Assembly: GCA_020429395.1 (NCBI GenBank)
Contig: JAGQLL010000025.1
Location: 810-45,929 of the forward strand
Source of the DNA: Candidatus Dojkabacteria bacterium
GTDB taxonomy: Bacteria; Patescibacteriota; Dojkabacteria; B142; OLB20
Length of the DNA: 45,120 nucleotides
Direction: 5' to 3'
In this document: positions 44,771-45,120 of the stretch, one piece after another
Position numbering within the stretch: position 1 is the stretch's first letter
Layout of the letters: every line of letters starts with the position of its first letter
Notes under the pieces: model-generated
What the model saw: the letters and a program-made list of their open reading frames with translations, nothing else
Databases searched by the model: none
Told to the model about the DNA's origin: nothing
Translations under genes and position numbers: made by a program

Positions 44771-45120
44771 ATGAAAACGTATTATACATCCGATTTACAA
44801 AAGGGCATGTCCTTAAATGGAGAGACCTTTGCAGTCAAAGAAGTCCAATTAACAGAAACAAAAGCGAAGAAACCTTATTACCGTGTAACATTGATCGATA
44901 AAACGGGTTCAATTTCTGGCAATATTTGGGGAGATAAATTTTCCCAGATTGAAAAGTCGTCCTTAAAGGTCGGAAAAGTAGTGGTAATTGATGCTGTGGT
45001 TGAAGAATTCAAAGGTGCTTTAACATTAAACATTGAAAGAGTTAATGGTGTTAGTGAAGCAGTTTTAGATGAGTATGTAGAAGGAAGTGATTTTGATCTC
45101 GATGAATTAATGGGAATTTT
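44771..45120 (+). CDS. OB-fold nucleic-acid-binding protein, probably YhaM-like OB+HD 3'-5' exoribonuclease; 3'-truncated by window edge
   Basis: FAVKEVQLTETKAKKPYYRVTLIDKTGSISGNIWGDKF...GKVVVIDAVVEEFKGALTLNIERV is the tRNA_anti-like OB pattern found at the N-terminus of YhaM-type proteins. The ORF runs off the window. Confidence 0.45.
   Translation, partial: MKTYYTSDLQKGMSLNGETFAVKEVQLTETKAKKPYYRVTLIDKTGSISGNIWGDKFSQIEKSSLKVGKVVVIDAVVEEFKGALTLNIERVNGVSEAVLDEYVEGSDFDLDELMGI

Noticed and set aside
1-45120. Alternative genetic code (UGA recoded, as in Gracilibacteria/Absconditabacteria).
   Set aside because: Conserved proteins terminate at TGA exactly where orthologues end (rplP at 1367-1369, rpsE, rplM). 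No conserved gene is broken by in-frame TGA, so the standard code 11 fits.
1-45120. CRISPR arrays, cas genes, transposases, integrases or IS elements.
   Set aside because: I saw no regularly spaced direct repeats and no ORF with recombinase, transposase or Cas-like motifs. This is visual inspection only and was not verified computationally.

Overview
Low-GC bacterial fragment (about 29-30% GC in the coding stretches I counted by hand) that uses the standard genetic code: TGA closes rplP, rpsE and rplM at the expected protein ends. Positions 1-12515 are one nearly gapless plus-strand ribosomal superoperon. Its order is rplV-rpsC-rplP-rpmC-rpsQ-rplN-rplX-rplE-rpsN(Z)-rpsH-rplF-rplR-rpsE-rplO-secY-map-infA-rpmJ-rpsM-rpsK-rpsD-rpoA-rplQ-rplM-rpsI. 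There is no rpmD (L30) and no adk, and several ribosomal proteins carry Lys-rich tails. Together with the compact gene packing, this fits a Candidate Phyla Radiation / Patescibacteria-type genome (inference). The same strand continues with a PEGA protein, an SDR-like::DUF4012-like giant envelope protein and greA. Next comes a minimal type IV secretion-like module (PrgI/VirB3-like, an unknown ORF, a VirB4-like ATPase with a Q/N-rich tail, a small membrane protein). RNase P RNA and a lipoprotein cyclophilin follow. The second half is a mixed-strand accessory and housekeeping region. It holds an M29 aminopeptidase, a YhhQ-type transporter, a Fic/HTH protein with a non-canonical Fic motif, and a divergent ~1250-aa unknown membrane protein. 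It also holds tRNA-Ser(GGA), a hydrolase, DUF1801, SPFH, eno, gpmI, a YugP-like peptidase, a DsbA-like protein, a Gmk-like protein, an M20 peptidase, a CheY-like receiver and an OB-fold protein cut by the window end. The most interesting locus is a four-gene, overlap-coupled minus-strand operon at 30993-35484. It encodes a MazG-like NTP pyrophosphatase, a B12-domain-type radical SAM enzyme, a nucleoside-phosphorylase-like::uridine-kinase-like fusion, and an NDK-like protein with anomalously high GC. I read it as a candidate modified-nucleotide synthesis or defence module that I do not recognise as a described system. No CRISPR array, transposase, integrase or rRNA was seen.
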